Shown here in pieces: positions 27,801 to 38,226 of a DNA stretch of 64,000 nt. Each line of letters opens with the position of its first letter. Within the stretch, counting starts at the first letter, position 1. The notes under the pieces were generated by a model. The model made no database searches. It was not told the DNA's origin and saw only the letters and a list, made by a program, of their open reading frames with translations. Source of the DNA: an uncultured virus (IMG/VR IMGVR_UViG_2675903202_000003) (taxonomy: Duplodnaviria > Heunggongvirae > Uroviricota > Caudoviricetes); IMG/VR virus record IMGVR_UViG_2675903202_000003, positions 1-64,000 of that record, one strand, 5' to 3'. Made by a program: the position numbers and the translations under genes.

Positions 27801-28373
27801 ATGCCGACCGTCCGCCCCAACCCCGTCGACGTCGCTCGGACCGCGGCCGACATCATGCGGGCCATCACCACCGACCCCGAGTACCCGCGGCTGCTCGAGA
27901 CGTGCCGCCGCTACGACCAGGACCGGACCTGCCTCACCGGCACCCTCACCATCTCCGAGTGGGACATCGCCGACGACGCCGGCCCGCTCATCAACGAGGC
28001 GCTGCGAGCCCTCGCGCTGAAGTCCGCGATCTTCCGGCTCACCGGCGACGAGCACACCGCTGAGATCCCCATCGCCCGCCCCGTCGACGAGGTGCTCCAC
28101 GCCGTCCTCGCGCAGCGGACGCTGACGGAGCGGATGGCGGCCCGCCACGGGATCACGTTCGTTCACATGACCGACACCGAGGTCGCCGCGGACGGGTACG
28201 AGCCGGGCGACTACACCACCGCGTGCTACGCCAAGGCGTACGGGGCCGAACCGCCGGGCCGGTACTGGCTCAGCGCCGACGAGCACGCCCGCCGCGTCGC
28301 GATCCTCGACGACCGCTTCGCCCAGGTCGGCGTCCGCGACCTCGGGCACCGGCACGCGTTCACCTTCAACTAG
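27801..28373 (+). CDS. hypothetical protein (DUF1399-like VDE..H motif)
   Basis: GGAG RBS; PVDEVLHAVL...FVH...Y...YG..P...W. Confidence 0.65.
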   Translation: MPTVRPNPVDVARTAADIMRAITTDPEYPRLLETCRRYDQDRTCLTGTLTISEWDIADDAGPLINEALRALALKSAIFRLTGDEHTAEIPIARPVDEVLHAVLAQRTLTERMAARHGITFVHMTDTEVAADGYEPGDYTTACYAKAYGAEPPGRYWLSADEHARRVAILDDRFAQVGVRDLGHRHAFTFN

Positions 28374-28488
28374 CGAGCCCGGGCGAGCTCGACCGCCAGG
28401 ACCCGGCGTAGGGCCTGGACGACCTCCTCGCCCGTGAACCGCTCCGCTGCGATGGCCTCCGCCCGTTCCAGGGGGAGGCCATTTCGTC

Positions 28489-28911
28489 GTGGCGGACGGT
28501 GCGGAGCATCGCGACGAGCCAGCCCTCCAGATCGTCCGGCGAGTCAGGCAGGACGAGTTGCTCTGTCGAAGGCGCGAACACGGGCCTTCCCTCGCCTGGC
28601 AGGTAGCCATCGTCCCCTTCGAGGAGTCCGCCATGGCCGTCACCGCGCCGACCCGCGACGCCATTCTCGCCTGGTTGGGCGAGGGCCACGGTCTGACCGA
28701 CGAGGGCGTCTCGGCGCTCGTCACGGAGGCCGCCGATATCAGCAACCGGTGGCCTCTCCCCAGCGAGTACGTGCACGTCCGCGAGCGCATGGACGGGTTG
28801 TGGATGGCCTACCAGCGCATCATCACGGCCGCCGCGTCCTCACGAGAGGAAGCGCTGGACATCATCCACAACAAGACCCGCACGGGCGTGGATCCGTGGG
28901 AGACCGCTTGA
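28489..28911 (+). CDS. hypothetical protein
   Basis: GGGGGAGG RBS; GC3-biased. Confidence 0.55.
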   Translation: MADGAEHRDEPALQIVRRVRQDELLCRRREHGPSLAWQVAIVPFEESAMAVTAPTRDAILAWLGEGHGLTDEGVSALVTEAADISNRWPLPSEYVHVRERMDGLWMAYQRIITAAASSREEALDIIHNKTRTGVDPWETA

Positions 28912-29082
28912 TCCCTGGGCGAGACGAAGCCCCCGGCCGCATCGGGCCGAAGCCGGGACCGGCACGCCGGGCGGTGCTACTGTCGATCCCTCATCGCCCC
29001 GTCCGGGGTCGCAACGTTGAGTCTCTCGGTTCGAGGCCAGCCGCGCACGCGCATCATCGCCCCTGTGAGGGGACACGACGAA

Positions 29083-29125
29083 ACGGCCCCCGCGCCTCCC
29101 CAGACCGGGGAAGCGCGGGGGCCGT
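29083..29125. terminator. terminator hairpin at convergence of early and late regions
   Basis: ACGGCCCCCGCGC...GCGCGGGGGCCGT. Confidence 0.7.
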
Positions 29126-29140
29126 CCGCGTACCCGAGGG

Positions 29141-29512
29141 CTACCGGCCCGCGACCGGCGCCTTCGGCACCCGGCTGCCATCCGCCGCGACCGGCGCCGT
29201 CACCTGCGTCCGCAGCCACGCCGCCAACACCGCCGTGAGCAGCGCGCCCGCCGACGCGACCTGCTCCTGCGAGAAGTCCGCGCCGAACGCCACCGCCAAC
29301 TGCAGCACACCGACGAGCAGACCCGCCGCCGCCGGAACGATCCGGTCCCGCGCCACCATCACCGCGACGACCAGACCCACCGCGAGCGCGGCGACCGCGT
29401 TGATGCCGGCCTGCTGCGCCTCGGTCAGGTCGACGCCCCAGGCGACGAGGGTTTGTACGGCGACGGCGACCAGGCCCACCCAGACGGCGGGCTCACGACC
29501 CCAGATCTTCAT
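29141..29512 (-). CDS. holin
   Basis: MKIWGREPA, four TM segments, RTQVTAP; follows the endolysin. Confidence 0.82.
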   Translation of the reverse strand: MKIWGREPAVWVGLVAVAVQTLVAWGVDLTEAQQAGINAVAALAVGLVVAVMVARDRIVPAAAGLLVGVLQLAVAFGADFSQEQVASAGALLTAVLAAWLRTQVTAPVAADGSRVPKAPVAGR

Positions 29513-29522
29513 GACGATCTCC

Positions 29523-30448
29523 TCACTGCTCCCACACGAACGCCTTGGCGCTGCCACCGGTGATCCGTCCGGTGGCGGTGCCGTAGTGGATCACCTGGAA
29601 CCGGACGCGGCGCTTGTCCGACACGACGTCCGCGGGCAGCGCGTAATGGACGAACGTGTCGCCGCCCGACGCGGTGTACTCCGCGAGCGGACCGCCGTCG
29701 ACATCCCCGCTGTCCTCGTGCCGCTCGATCGTCCGCGCCTGGATCTCCGTACCGGCCGGCAGCCCGCTGATGCGGACGTTCGCCGTCACCGAGTACCGCG
29801 CGGGGCCGATGACGAACGACGAGCCGCCCTTGTCCCAATGGTGGTGCTCACCGTCGGAGTACTCGTGGCCCCACGTCACGGTGACCCACTCGTTCGGCGG
29901 GAGCTCCTGCGGGGAGTCGACGCCGACGCTGACGTACTCGGGCATGTCCTTGTCCTCCTTGATGTCCCCCGCGATCAGCGCGCCCGACGTCACGAGGCCG
30001 CGCAGGATCGCGCCGGGGCAGGTCGTCGAGATGAACCGGCCGTGGTACGACACGGCTGCGGCGAGTCCCTTGCCGCGGAGCCAGTTCCGCAGGTCGCGGA
30101 CGCGCCGATCTGCGCGGCGGTCGGACGCTCCGCGGGCCCCGACATGAACGTCACGCTCGTCCAGGTCGAGTTCCCTCCGGGCTGCGCGGCCTGCTGCCGC
30201 TGCCAGCCACGGCCTTCCATGACGTAGCCGTGGGCACAAACCGCATAGCTGTACCCCACGTCGGCCCAGCCGCGCGTCCCCATGTGGAAGCGCCGGCACC
30301 ACTTCCAGTAGTCGACGCACGCCGAATGCGGCTTGCGGGCCAAGCCCTTGTTCGCGCCGTCGTAGTGCACGACGAGCCCGTTCTTGCAGGGCGCATATCC
30401 GGCCGCGGTCCCCGGCCACCCGAACGCCGAACGGCGCTGCAGCTTCAT
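29523..30448 (-). CDS. endolysin, N-acetylmuramoyl-L-alanine amidase (Amidase_2/PGRP); frameshift near 30105
   Basis: VVHY, FHMGTRGWADVGYSY..EGRGW, HGRFISTTCPG. Confidence 0.88.
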
Positions 30449-30573
30449 GCCTGCGGCCCCTCGGTGTAGGTGTCGTCCGGGTCCAGCACGCCCTCCTCGG
30501 GCTCGTCCGGCTCCGGGATCGGCGGCACGTCGATCTCCTCGACGTCCGGCTCCTCATTGCTCTTGTCGTCCAT
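30445..30573 (-). CDS. small acidic protein
   Basis: GGAGAGG RBS, ATGA overlap with the endolysin. Confidence 0.55.
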   Translation of the reverse strand: MDDKSNEEPDVEEIDVPPIPEPDEPEEGVLDPDDTYTEGPQA

Positions 30574-30638
30574 CGGCCTCTCCAGCGCATGCCGAAAAGC
30601 CGACCCGCCATGGGTCGGCTGAGGATGAAGAAGGAAGG

Positions 30639-30908
30639 TCAGTCGGCGGTGTTCAGGGCCGCGCAGGCGAGCTCGGCGGACTCGAGCAGCCGCTCGAGCG
30701 CCGCGTCACGCGCAGGCCCCGCGGGGATGCGCAGCAGCCAGTCCATGCCGACCGCCAGGACAGTCCCCCGCACATGCGCATGATCGGGCGGCGCTGCGGT
30801 ATCCGTCAGCGCACCGAACCGCGTCATCACATCGTCGAGGGTGAGGATCGTCGCCTGCCTAGAACAACAGCCGCCACGGGCCGTGGAGGGAGCTTCGAGG
30901 GGTCGCAT
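30639..30908 (-). CDS. helical hairpin protein, weak Acb2/Tad1-like resemblance (start uncertain)
   Basis: LDDVMTRF...IPAGPARDAALERLLESAELACAAL. Confidence 0.45.
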   Translation of the reverse strand: MRPLEAPSTARGGCCSRQATILTLDDVMTRFGALTDTAAPPDHAHVRGTVLAVGMDWLLRIPAGPARDAALERLLESAELACAALNTAD

Positions 30909-30949
30909 CGACGATACCCCGCAGCCCCGACATTGCAGGCGATCCGGTT

Positions 30950-31123
30950 CTACGACACCAGCCGTGTCCGGAGTTCCTCAGCCACCTTGACCGCCACCAC
31001 ATCAGGAAGCGCGTCCACCGTCTGCTGCAGGGCGTCGACCTTCGCGGTCAGCGCCGCGACGGCGGCGGCGAGGTCCGGGCTGCTCGGCTCGGTGACGGTT
31101 GCTCGTGCGGCTGCCAGAGGCAT
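30950..31123 (-). CDS. small coiled-coil protein
   Basis: MPLAAARATV...AALTAKVDALQQTVD. Confidence 0.55.
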   Translation of the reverse strand: MPLAAARATVTEPSSPDLAAAVAALTAKVDALQQTVDALPDVVAVKVAEELRTRLVS

Positions 31124-31132
31124 CGAGTCCCC

Positions 31133-31696
31133 CTATTCCGCGGTCTCGGTGCAGATCGTGGCGGGCTGCGGTCCGGTGGCGGTCACGACCGTGACCTCCT
31201 CGACCGTGTAGCCAGAGGGGCACGCCGGCCCCGGCGGGCCCGACGGACCTGCCGGTCCGGGCGAACCAGGATCGCCTTGCGGGCCTGCGGGCCCTTGCGA
31301 ACCGGGAGCACCGTCCTGCCCGTCGGCGCCTGCCTGCCCTGGCGCCCCCGACGGACCAACCTCGCCCGGCGCGCCCTGCGGGCCCTGCTCCCCCGGATCG
31401 CCCGGTGTTCCGGGCTCCCCCGACGCACCGGCTTCTCCGGCCGCGCCGGCGGGACCCCGCTCACCGGGATTGCCCCGCTCGCCCGCTGCACCGGGTTCAC
31501 CTTGTGGACCGGTCGGGCCAGGCTTCGGCGACTTGAGCGGAACACCGCCGAGCTGCTGCACCTGCTGCGAAAGCAGAGCATTGTCCTTCTGCAGGTCCCG
31601 GACCGACTGCCACGCCCACCACGCCAGAGCAACCACCGCGACCGTCAGCACGAAGACGCCGAGGTTGCGCCGCATACTCCGCACCCGCTCAGCCAT
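31133..31696 (-). CDS. membrane-anchored collagen-like protein (lysis cassette)
   Basis: N-terminal TM, ~30 Gly-X-Y triplets, C-terminal Cys pair. Confidence 0.85.
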   Translation of the reverse strand: MAERVRSMRRNLGVFVLTVAVVALAWWAWQSVRDLQKDNALLSQQVQQLGGVPLKSPKPGPTGPQGEPGAAGERGNPGERGPAGAAGEAGASGEPGTPGDPGEQGPQGAPGEVGPSGAPGQAGADGQDGAPGSQGPAGPQGDPGSPGPAGPSGPPGPACPSGYTVEEVTVVTATGPQPATICTETAE

Positions 31697-32109
31697 TACT
31701 TACCCGTCCCGGCCTTGAGCTGCAGCAAGACCGTGGCCAGAAACAGCAGCACCGGGAAGAGCCCGGCATACACGGCCTGCCGCCAACTGACGCCGCGGTT
31801 GACCATCGCCGTCTTGATGTCCTGGACGTCCCGCTTCCGGTCCTCTTCTTCGTCCTCGTCGGCGCGTTCGCGGGCGATCCGCTCTGCTTCCAGAGCCGCC
31901 TGCCACGCCATCCGCGCAGACTCGTCCGCTGCCCGCCGGGCAGTCTTCTCTTCGGCGAGCGCCGCCCGCAGATCGGCGATGGTCCGCTCATGCTCGGTGC
32001 GGTCCCGCGTGTACAGGTCGGTGGACACGGCCCGCTGCGCGAGGTCTCGGAGGTTCTCCTCAAGCCGATCGAGACGCCAAGCATTCGTCGCCCCATCAGG
32101 CATCGTCAC
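31696..32109 (-). CDS. coiled-coil membrane protein (lysis cassette)
   Basis: Coiled coil + C-terminal TM. Confidence 0.7.
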   Translation of the reverse strand: MTMPDGATNAWRLDRLEENLRDLAQRAVSTDLYTRDRTEHERTIADLRAALAEEKTARRAADESARMAWQAALEAERIARERADEDEEEDRKRDVQDIKTAMVNRGVSWRQAVYAGLFPVLLFLATVLLQLKAGTGK

Positions 32110-32135
32110 CGCCGTCCACCATCAGGAGTAGCCAG

Positions 32136-32429
32136 TCACAGGCCGCCGTTTCGGAACACCCGCGCGGTCACCCCGCCGAGACTCCCCCCGCGGTCCGCTT
32201 TGATGCCCGACAGCACCACATCAGCGGGCAGCGCCGCCGTCACCCACGCCTGATAGATCCGCAGCGTCCCCACACCACCGGCCGCGGCCGTCACCCACGC
32301 CTGGTAGATCCGCACCGTCAGCGGAGGTGGCGCGTCCACCGTCTGCCCGTACGCCTGATAGATCCGGACGGTCGGCCGTGGCAGCGCGGGGCCGGTCTCC
32401 ACCCACGCCTGGTAGATGCGTGCTTCCAT
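32136..32429 (-). CDS. small tail-associated protein with four RIYQA(W/Y) repeats
   Basis: Visible repeats; coupled to the tail fibre gene. Confidence 0.7.
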   Translation of the reverse strand: MEARIYQAWVETGPALPRPTVRIYQAYGQTVDAPPPLTVRIYQAWVTAAAGGVGTLRIYQAWVTAALPADVVLSGIKADRGGSLGGVTARVFRNGGL

Positions 32430-33492
32430 CAGCCGCTCAGATCCGTCGCGACCCAGCGGATCCGCAGGTCCGACCAGGTGGTGATCGCATCGAACTCCAC
32501 CCCGGTGAGGGTGTGCGACACGGTCGTATTGTCGGCGGTTATCTCGTCCGTCCAGTGCGCGATCTGCGTGGCACCCTGCATGAGGTACGTGTCCACGGTG
32601 GCAGAGGCCGCACCGTCCCCGAGGCCCACCACGTACTTCACCTGGAACCCCGACTCCGACGGCGGTGCCGTCATCGTGGCCAGCAGCGCCTCGTAGACAC
32701 CGCCCTCGATCGCGCGGACGTAGTCGGCCGTGTTGAGGATCGATTCGTCGATCGTGGTGTACAGGTCGACGGTGCCCAAGTTCTCGTCGGTCGTGTTCGT
32801 AGCGGTCACGTCATTGACGGGCCGCGCGGTCTGCGTCGCGACCTGCGGCTTCAGCGCGAACGTGAACATCGCCCGGCTGGACGGGATCGCGTCCGTCGTC
32901 CACGACTCGCCGCCGTAGCTTCCGCCCGTCGCCGCCGCCTTGGACGCGTGGGCCGTGGACGATCGACCGCCGCCCGTCGACGTGCTGCTGCCGCGGTCCG
33001 TCCAGCCCGTCGGCGCCGTGATCGCGCTGACCGAGGAATCCTTGAAACTCGCGGTAGTGACCACGACGGCGCCATCGGCGGTCGTCACGATCGACGGGGA
33101 CGGGTGGGTCGTACCACTCACCGTGGTCGACGACGCGAAAACAGAGTCGCCGTCGAACGGCGCGGCCTCGTCGACCCCGGACCACGCGTTGAAACGGCAG
33201 GTCTCCTTGACCTCGGTCTCGTCGGTTGTCCCCAGGTCCAACACGGTGTTCGCGTCGGCCCCGTCAGCGATCTTGTAGATCCCGGCGGCGCGGGACGTGC
33301 CCACGCTGTGCGGTCCAGGAGTGCCCGCCTCGGGGAGATACGCCCACCCCTCCGGCAGGAAAACCGCGAGGCCGACGCGACATGCCAGGTGATCACCATG
33401 AAGTCCCCCGACACGACCGTGCTGGGGATGGTGATGGTCAGGTCGCCGGTGACGTCGGACGCGCCCGCTCCTGCCCGGTGCTCGATCGGCAT
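32429..33492 (-). CDS. tail fibre / putative lectin-like minor tail protein (frameshift near 33375)
   Basis: Thr/Ser-rich beta protein; two ORF halves join with one base. Confidence 0.7.
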
Positions 33493-33504
33493 GATTCTCC
33501 CTGG

Positions 33505-34491
33505 TCAGAGACGGTACGAGGTGTACGGCGTGTAGTACTGCTGCGCGATCAGGCCCGAGCGGGTGCGGGTCTCGGCGTAGTACTGCGGGGTCTGCAGGAC
33601 GCCCCCGACGGTGGACCCGAACCAGCACAGGAACGCCGCGCTCGAGTGCGGGCCGGCTCCGTGCGTTGCGGCGTAGTCCGCTTGGGTCTGCATCCATGCC
33701 GCGCCCGCGGCGCCGCTGGTGACGTCGGTGGTCAGTCCGGCCTCCGCGATCCCCCACGCGACGCCGTGGTCGTCGGCGAACTGGCGGCCCGTGCCCCACA
33801 TGTATTCGCCGGTCTCGGAGCCCGTGAAGCTGTAGCCGTCGTAGGCGACACAGTCCACGTACGGGCGCCCGTCGGCGCCGTTGCCGGGCCACAACTCGTC
33901 GAGCGTGGCCCCGGGCTTGGGGCTGATATACGAGTAGGACCCGAAGATCAGACAGCCGTACAGGTTCGGTTTCGTGGCCTGCGCTTCCCTCACCAACGTG
34001 AAGAATTTCCGCCACGCCGCCTTGTACTGAGATGCGGTGTACGGCGCGCTTCCCTGCTTGATCTTGACGTCGGCCTCGTGCCAGATGCTCACGAACGCGG
34101 TATGGCTGTCCGGGATGCCTGCCAGGAACGTCCTCGCGGCCGAGTCCAGAGCGCCGGATGCCATCTGGATCGGATCTGGTTTCCCTGACCACACGCTCGC
34201 CCACCGGCCCACGTCCACGCCGCTCCGGGACGCGGTGAACCCACCGGACGCGAACCCGCCGGAGTCGAAACCGCGGCGGCACGTCCACGGCCCCATCGTC
34301 GAGTTCGCTTCCTGGTACGCGGTGAGGTTCGGCGGATCGATCGCCGCTCCCACCAGCAGCCCGGTTCCCGTCCCCGGCGTCCCACCCCCGCCGCCCTGCC
34401 CCGTGTCAGGGTCCGGGGGGATGATCGGCGCGCCACCGTCGTACGGCTCCAACCGGGCCCGCCGCAGCGCATACGCGCGCACCAACGGCAT
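33505..34491 (-). CDS. GH26-like (clan GH-A) glycoside hydrolase tail protein
   Basis: SIWHEAD (acid/base), DCVAYDGY, WGIAEAG (nucleophile). Confidence 0.75.
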   Translation of the reverse strand: MPLVRAYALRRARLEPYDGGAPIIPPDPDTGQGGGGGTPGTGTGLLVGAAIDPPNLTAYQEANSTMGPWTCRRGFDSGGFASGGFTASRSGVDVGRWASVWSGKPDPIQMASGALDSAARTFLAGIPDSHTAFVSIWHEADVKIKQGSAPYTASQYKAAWRKFFTLVREAQATKPNLYGCLIFGSYSYISPKPGATLDELWPGNGADGRPYVDCVAYDGYSFTGSETGEYMWGTGRQFADDHGVAWGIAEAGLTTDVTSGAAGAAWMQTQADYAATHGAGPHSSAAFLCWFGSTVGGVLQTPQYYAETRTRSGLIAQQYYTPYTSYRL

Positions 34492-35054
34492 CAGGAAGTC
34501 CACCCGAAGAACTGATCGTTCGTCTGCATGTACCCCGCGGGCGGCGGGGACGCGTTCGGGCCGTGCCAGTACACGGGCCGGGTCCCTGCGACCGCCGGAC
34601 GCGTCGGCCACGTCGACGCCACCTCGTCGTACACGACCGCGAGCACGATGTTGGCGGTCAGCGCGTCCAGGTTCGTGACCATGTTCTCGAGGTTGTCGAT
34701 CTGCGCCTGCTGGGTCGTCACGACCGCACCGAGGTCACTCGACAGCATCCGATACCGGACGCCGCCGCCAGCATCAGCCCACAGCTGCGCGATGCCGTCA
34801 GGCCCTTGGAACTGGGGGATCGTGCCGGTCGGTAGCGTCCCCGACCCGTCCGCCGACGTCACCTCCGTGATCGGGGACCCCGACGCGTCCAGCAGATCGG
34901 TGTGCTGCACGCCGCCGGTCTCCGCCGACCACATCGTGACCGTCATCGGTCCGGCTGCCTGGACAGGCGCGTACGTGACGCCGCTCTCCACGATCCCGGT
35001 GCCCAGCACCATCGTCCAGTCCGTCGGGGACTGACCGAACCAGTAGCGCGCCAT
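34491..35054 (-). CDS. minor tail protein
   Basis: MARYWFG...WSAETGGVQHTDLLD...FQGPD..LWADAG, typical actinophage minor tail. Confidence 0.75.
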   Translation of the reverse strand: MARYWFGQSPTDWTMVLGTGIVESGVTYAPVQAAGPMTVTMWSAETGGVQHTDLLDASGSPITEVTSADGSGTLPTGTIPQFQGPDGIAQLWADAGGGVRYRMLSSDLGAVVTTQQAQIDNLENMVTNLDALTANIVLAVVYDEVASTWPTRPAVAGTRPVYWHGPNASPPPAGYMQTNDQFFGWTS

Positions 35055-35062
35055 CAGAGCTC

Positions 35063-36001
35063 CTAGATGAAGTAGTTGGCGCCGGCGATGATGGTCCGCC
35101 CGGCCGGGAGGTTCGTCTCGAGCGGGAAAATGCGGACGGAGCCGTCCGGCTCGACCCGCACCACCACCGGGCTGCGGGAGTGGTAGCCGAACCCGACCTC
35201 CCACACCTCCGGGCGGTACAGGCTCGGGAGGATGAACGGCACCGATCCGTTCGCGTCGTCCAGGCCCAGCCCGTAGTCGTCCCAGCGGCGGATCGCCAGC
35301 CGCAGATGCACCTGCCGGTCCCGGAGCCGCACCCGCGAGACGACGTTGTTCGTCCAGGAGTTCGCGTTCGGCCCGGCCGTGGCTCCGCTCAGCTGCAGGT
35401 TGATCCAGCCGGTGTCTTCCGACAGGACCCGCCACGACGTCCCGTCGGCCCACAGCACGGAACCGGTGGTCCGGTCGAACCCGACCCGCCGCAGGCTCGG
35501 CGACGGCCGCGCCCACGAGTTGAACTCCACCGGGGGCGCCGCGGCGATCACACGCTCATCCGCGAACCCGCTCAGCTGCCCGTTCGCTGCGGACGTCCAC
35601 CTCGAGATCGGGATCTCGTAGATCCCGTCGGTCGTCTGCGTCAGCGCCGGCGGCTGCGGTGACGTGCCCGGTGTGCCGGTCAGGACCGCGGCCGTGACCC
35701 ACCCGGCGGCCGTGGCCGAGTCGCGATCGAGGCGAAGCACCAGCCGGTCGACGCGGTCCTGCGCTGACGGCGCGGGGATCGCCACGGCCGTGTCCGAGGC
35801 GCCCTCGGTGCGGAACCCGCGGATCAGCGCCGCCCCGGTCACCATCGCCGCGGTGCGGGCACCGAAATTCAAGTAGGGGGCGAACTCCCCCCGCACCCCA
35901 GCGACCACACCATCCGTGGCGAAACTCGAGACGAACGCCTCCCACTGCGCGGTCGTCTCCAGCTGCGTCGCACCCGTGGGGTAGGCGTCGTCCAGCGCCA
36001 T
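35063..36001 (-). CDS. minor tail / baseplate protein
   Basis: DRVDRLVLRLD...GTPG..P.PPALTQ...YEIPI. Confidence 0.8.
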   Translation of the reverse strand: MALDDAYPTGATQLETTAQWEAFVSSFATDGVVAGVRGEFAPYLNFGARTAAMVTGAALIRGFRTEGASDTAVAIPAPSAQDRVDRLVLRLDRDSATAAGWVTAAVLTGTPGTSPQPPALTQTTDGIYEIPISRWTSAANGQLSGFADERVIAAAPPVEFNSWARPSPSLRRVGFDRTTGSVLWADGTSWRVLSEDTGWINLQLSGATAGPNANSWTNNVVSRVRLRDRQVHLRLAIRRWDDYGLGLDDANGSVPFILPSLYRPEVWEVGFGYHSRSPVVVRVEPDGSVRIFPLETNLPAGRTIIAGANYFI

Positions 36002-36039
36002 ACGGCACCTCCAAGAAAGGGTCGAAGAGCAAGAGGCGC

Positions 36040-37275
36040 TCAGGGCGCGACAGAACCGCGCAGAGCCTTCTCCACCGCACGCAGCCGCGCCGCGAGCTTC
36101 GCGCTGATCGTCCGATCGGAGTCCCCCGACGCGGTACCGATCGTGGGCGTCACCGTCTCGGTGTAGGTGTCGCCGCTGCTGTCCGCGACGAGCTGCACTT
36201 TGGACACGACGTCGGAGTAGGTGACCCCGTCACGCAGGTCGAGGGTGACGATGTCCCCGACCCGATACCCCTGGATGCCGTCGCCGTCGGCACCGAACCG
36301 CAGCCGCGGGAGGTCCACGACCGTCACCTCGATCGCGACCGTGCCCGCACCGGCGGCGACCGCCTCGTTCGTCGCGGTCGTCACGTCGGCGGCCGTGTCG
36401 GTGGACGACTGGTCGGTGAACTGCTCGACGCGCCGCCACGGGCTCGTCGCACCGGCCCCAGCGGCTTCGGTGAACGTCGCCCCGGCGACCTTCGACTGCA
36501 CCAGCACCGCGTTCCCCGTTGGCGCCGACACCGTCAGCGTCGACTCGGGTAGGTTTCCGAGCTCGGTGGAGAACACGGCCTTCTCGCTGAGGTCACGGGG
36601 CACGTAGCAGTCGAACACCAGCGCTCCGGCCCCGAGGGTGACCTCCACCCCCATCGGAGACTGTTCGTCCACCGCACGGACCATGTCCATCAGGGACTGC
36701 TGAACGGTTGCGTTCTCCGTCCCCGATTCTGCGTCCGGCGCCGGAGTAGCGACCTTGTACGAGGCCGTTCCGCCGCGGGCCTGATCCGTGGCGATGGTGA
36801 ACAGCGGCACCCGCCGGTCCGTATCGCCAGCGGTCACCAGGTTCACGTACACGAGCGTTTTGATGACCGTCTCGGCGGCCCACGGCCCGAACGTCGTAGA
36901 CCCGACGGTCTGCGCGGTCCACGCGAGCGAGGCGTCCCGAAAAGCGATTCGGTTCGCCAGCAGACTGAGGAAGTCCGAGCCCGTGAGCGTGAGTGTCTCC
37001 ACGATCCGGCCATCGCTGAGGGAGCGCTTGAATGACCAGTCCTCGATCAGCAGCGGCACAACGAAGACGTCGTTCCACGTCATGACCAGGCCGAACGGTT
37101 CCAGCCCCCCGTTGACGTCTAGTTGGATCAGCTCCCAGTTGCGGGCGTTCGCGGGCATCTCCACGACAGCGGAGCCGACCTCGTTGTGCGTGAGGGTCAC
37201 GTCGATCTTGTCGAACACGACCGGCCGACCGCGCTTCAACGTCGCCAGGTCGAGCGGCTCGAGCAGGACCGGCAT
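36040..37275 (-). CDS. tail hub protein (ReqiPepy6 Gp37-like/Tal)
   Basis: Position after Dit; AETVIK..V..N, RRVEQF.DQ, YRVGDIV. Confidence 0.8.
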   Translation of the reverse strand: MPVLLEPLDLATLKRGRPVVFDKIDVTLTHNEVGSAVVEMPANARNWELIQLDVNGGLEPFGLVMTWNDVFVVPLLIEDWSFKRSLSDGRIVETLTLTGSDFLSLLANRIAFRDASLAWTAQTVGSTTFGPWAAETVIKTLVYVNLVTAGDTDRRVPLFTIATDQARGGTASYKVATPAPDAESGTENATVQQSLMDMVRAVDEQSPMGVEVTLGAGALVFDCYVPRDLSEKAVFSTELGNLPESTLTVSAPTGNAVLVQSKVAGATFTEAAGAGATSPWRRVEQFTDQSSTDTAADVTTATNEAVAAGAGTVAIEVTVVDLPRLRFGADGDGIQGYRVGDIVTLDLRDGVTYSDVVSKVQLVADSSGDTYTETVTPTIGTASGDSDRTISAKLAARLRAVEKALRGSVAP

Positions 37276-37276
37276 G

Positions 37277-38224
37277 TCAGGCCCTAAGCCAGCGGCGGTG
37301 ATACACCATCTCGATCTTCGACCCCTCGACCGCGTCCGCGATCTCCAAGTTCAGGTCGTTCTTCCCCGGCACGAGCGTCCACAGGTCCCGCGGGGACGTC
37401 TTCACGAGGTCACCCCACCGGTCCGCGCCGACCCCGTCGACCGCGGACTGCCGTGCAGGACGCGTGTCGACCGTGACCACCTCACCGATCCCCAACGTCG
37501 CGAAGGAGAACTCACGCCCAGTCGTGAGGTTCGACAGGGTCGGGGTACCGGGGCCCTGGATCGTCCAAATCGGGTACGCGTCCCCGTTCCCGCTGTTGAC
37601 GATGGTCGTCTCCCCCAGCGTGTTCGAAGGCGTCAGAACCACGGGCAGCAGCGGCGGAACACCGCCCACGTCCGGGGGCGCCTCGAACACCAGCGGCCCG
37701 ATCGGATCAGCGTCGGAGAACATGGCGTCGAGACCAGACTCGAACGTCAACACCAACCCGGTATCCCGCTGATAGGCGTCGCGGGATTCGTCGGTCTGCT
37801 CGATGCCCGACGTGCAGAACACCTCGATCTGGCGAGATCTGCCGTTCGGGCGGGCGAGGACGATACGGCCCGGCGCCGGGATCCCCGCTCGTTCGGTCCA
37901 CAACGCGAACGTGAGCTGGTCCAGCAGGTCCAGTAGCCCGGACTGGGATGCGTCGTCGTACACGTGCAGCCCCACGATGATCGACCGCTTCGCCGCCCCG
38001 TAGGACTGCGGGAGGCTCGCCCCACTGGGCAGCGCCGTGTCGGTGTACGCGGTCGGGGGCCCGCCGATACCGGTGACGGACAGGACTCTGCATCGTGAGT
38101 CCGGCGCCGACCACGGCCACTCTCCCCCGTCCGGGTCGATGTAGGTGACGGTGAGCGGCTGCCTGTCCACCCCGGACGGTGGAGTGACTGGTCCTGATGT
38201 GCCCGGACGGCCGAGGAGTGGCAC
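37277..38224 (-). CDS. distal tail protein (Dit)
   Basis: Follows tape measure; N.GNGDAYPIWTIQGPG, LWTLVPGKN. Confidence 0.82.
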   Translation of the reverse strand: MPLLGRPGTSGPVTPPSGVDRQPLTVTYIDPDGGEWPWSAPDSRCRVLSVTGIGGPPTAYTDTALPSGASLPQSYGAAKRSIIVGLHVYDDASQSGLLDLLDQLTFALWTERAGIPAPGRIVLARPNGRSRQIEVFCTSGIEQTDESRDAYQRDTGLVLTFESGLDAMFSDADPIGPLVFEAPPDVGGVPPLLPVVLTPSNTLGETTIVNSGNGDAYPIWTIQGPGTPTLSNLTTGREFSFATLGIGEVVTVDTRPARQSAVDGVGADRWGDLVKTSPRDLWTLVPGKNDLNLEIADAVEGSKIEMVYHRRWLRA

Positions 38225-38226
38225 AT

